From sequence record LT603033.1: a DNA stretch of 64,000 nt. One strand, 5' to 3'. Made by a program: the position numbers and the translations under genes. The stretch's first letter is position 1. Each line of letters opens with the position of its first letter. The notes under the pieces are model-generated. The model was not told where the DNA came from. It did not search any database and saw only the letters and a list, made by a program, of their open reading frames with translations. This document shows, one piece after another, positions 63,565-64,000 of the stretch.

Positions 63565-63963
63565 ATGCTTAAAGAATTAGATTTTTCAAACTTAGAAATT
63601 ATCAGTGCTGTAAAAAACATTTCCGATATGGGAGATGAGAAAGCAGTTCTTGTTACTATTACTTTTGTAAAAGAAAAAGATAGCTATAGCCATTTAACTG
63701 GCATTGAAGAACTAATTCATAAAACCAATCTTGAGAATGATGGTAAACTCATCAAGCTTCAGGCTTCCTATACGCAAAAAACGTCAAATTTTATAGACCT
63801 AAATAATGTAGTCAAGGTGGTATACAATCATCCTGAACACACATATAGGAATACGACAAGAAATGAAAATGTTGCTAACGATTCGAATATTATCGAAGAT
63901 GTTGAATTCATAAACACAATTTTTGATCGTTGTTCTAAGGATTTAAAAAAAGTATACATGTAA
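63565..63963 (+). CDS. Hypothetical protein
   Basis: ATG at 63565. Confidence 0.65.
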   Translation: MLKELDFSNLEIISAVKNISDMGDEKAVLVTITFVKEKDSYSHLTGIEELIHKTNLENDGKLIKLQASYTQKTSNFIDLNNVVKVVYNHPEHTYRNTTRNENVANDSNIIEDVEFINTIFDRCSKDLKKVYM

Positions 63964-63964
63964 T

Positions 63965-63992
63965 GGGACATTATATGTTCCAATGATATAAT
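63965..63992 (+). promoter_or_regulatory. GGACA-class promoter
   Basis: GGGACA-16-TATAAT with TGA before the -10. Confidence 0.7.
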
Positions 63993-64000
63993 GTATATAG

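Noticed and set aside
1-64000. CRISPR array, tRNA or rRNA genes, transposase/integrase
   Set aside because: No regularly spaced repeats, cloverleaf with GTTCGA T-loop, rRNA signature or recombinase motifs were seen. AGTACT sites are irregularly spaced and lie inside genes.
1-64000. Stop-codon reassignment (alternative genetic code)
   Set aside because: Coding density is high under the standard code; TAA, TGA and TAG all end genes, and conserved enzymes are full length.

Overview
About 64 kb of an AT-rich (roughly 32% GC, spot estimate) large lytic phage genome. It is gene-dense and almost entirely + strand, with seven N-gaps (about 825 N between 33879 and 38430). Gene content includes T4-like RNA ligase 1, Pnkp, ATP-dependent DNA ligase, dCMP deaminase, NrdD/NrdG, ClpP, PhoH, Sir2, spanins, a TATAAATA late promoter, three paralogous virion-type proteins and long arrays of small orphan ORFs. 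This suggests a T4-related jumbo myovirus, possibly RaK2/GAP32/PBECO4-like (inference, not a database result). No tRNA, rRNA, CRISPR array, integrase or transposase was seen. The strongest unexplained signals are: (1) an ORF-free, GC-elevated, densely base-paired ~0.5-0.65 kb region at 11360-12007 behind its own promoter, a candidate large structured ncRNA or leader next to a DNA adenine methyltransferase; (2) about 8-fold over-representation of the palindrome AGTACT (about 180 copies by hand count, in all reading frames); (3) an acyl-carrier-protein-like gene with Trp in place of the phosphopantetheine Ser, under a consensus sigma70 promoter; (4) a short EExxFQ(L/M)ST motif shared by about 19 otherwise dissimilar orphans; (5) a Sir2 plus NUDT16-like Nudix plus receiver-domain cluster. 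All protein calls come from motif recognition by eye.
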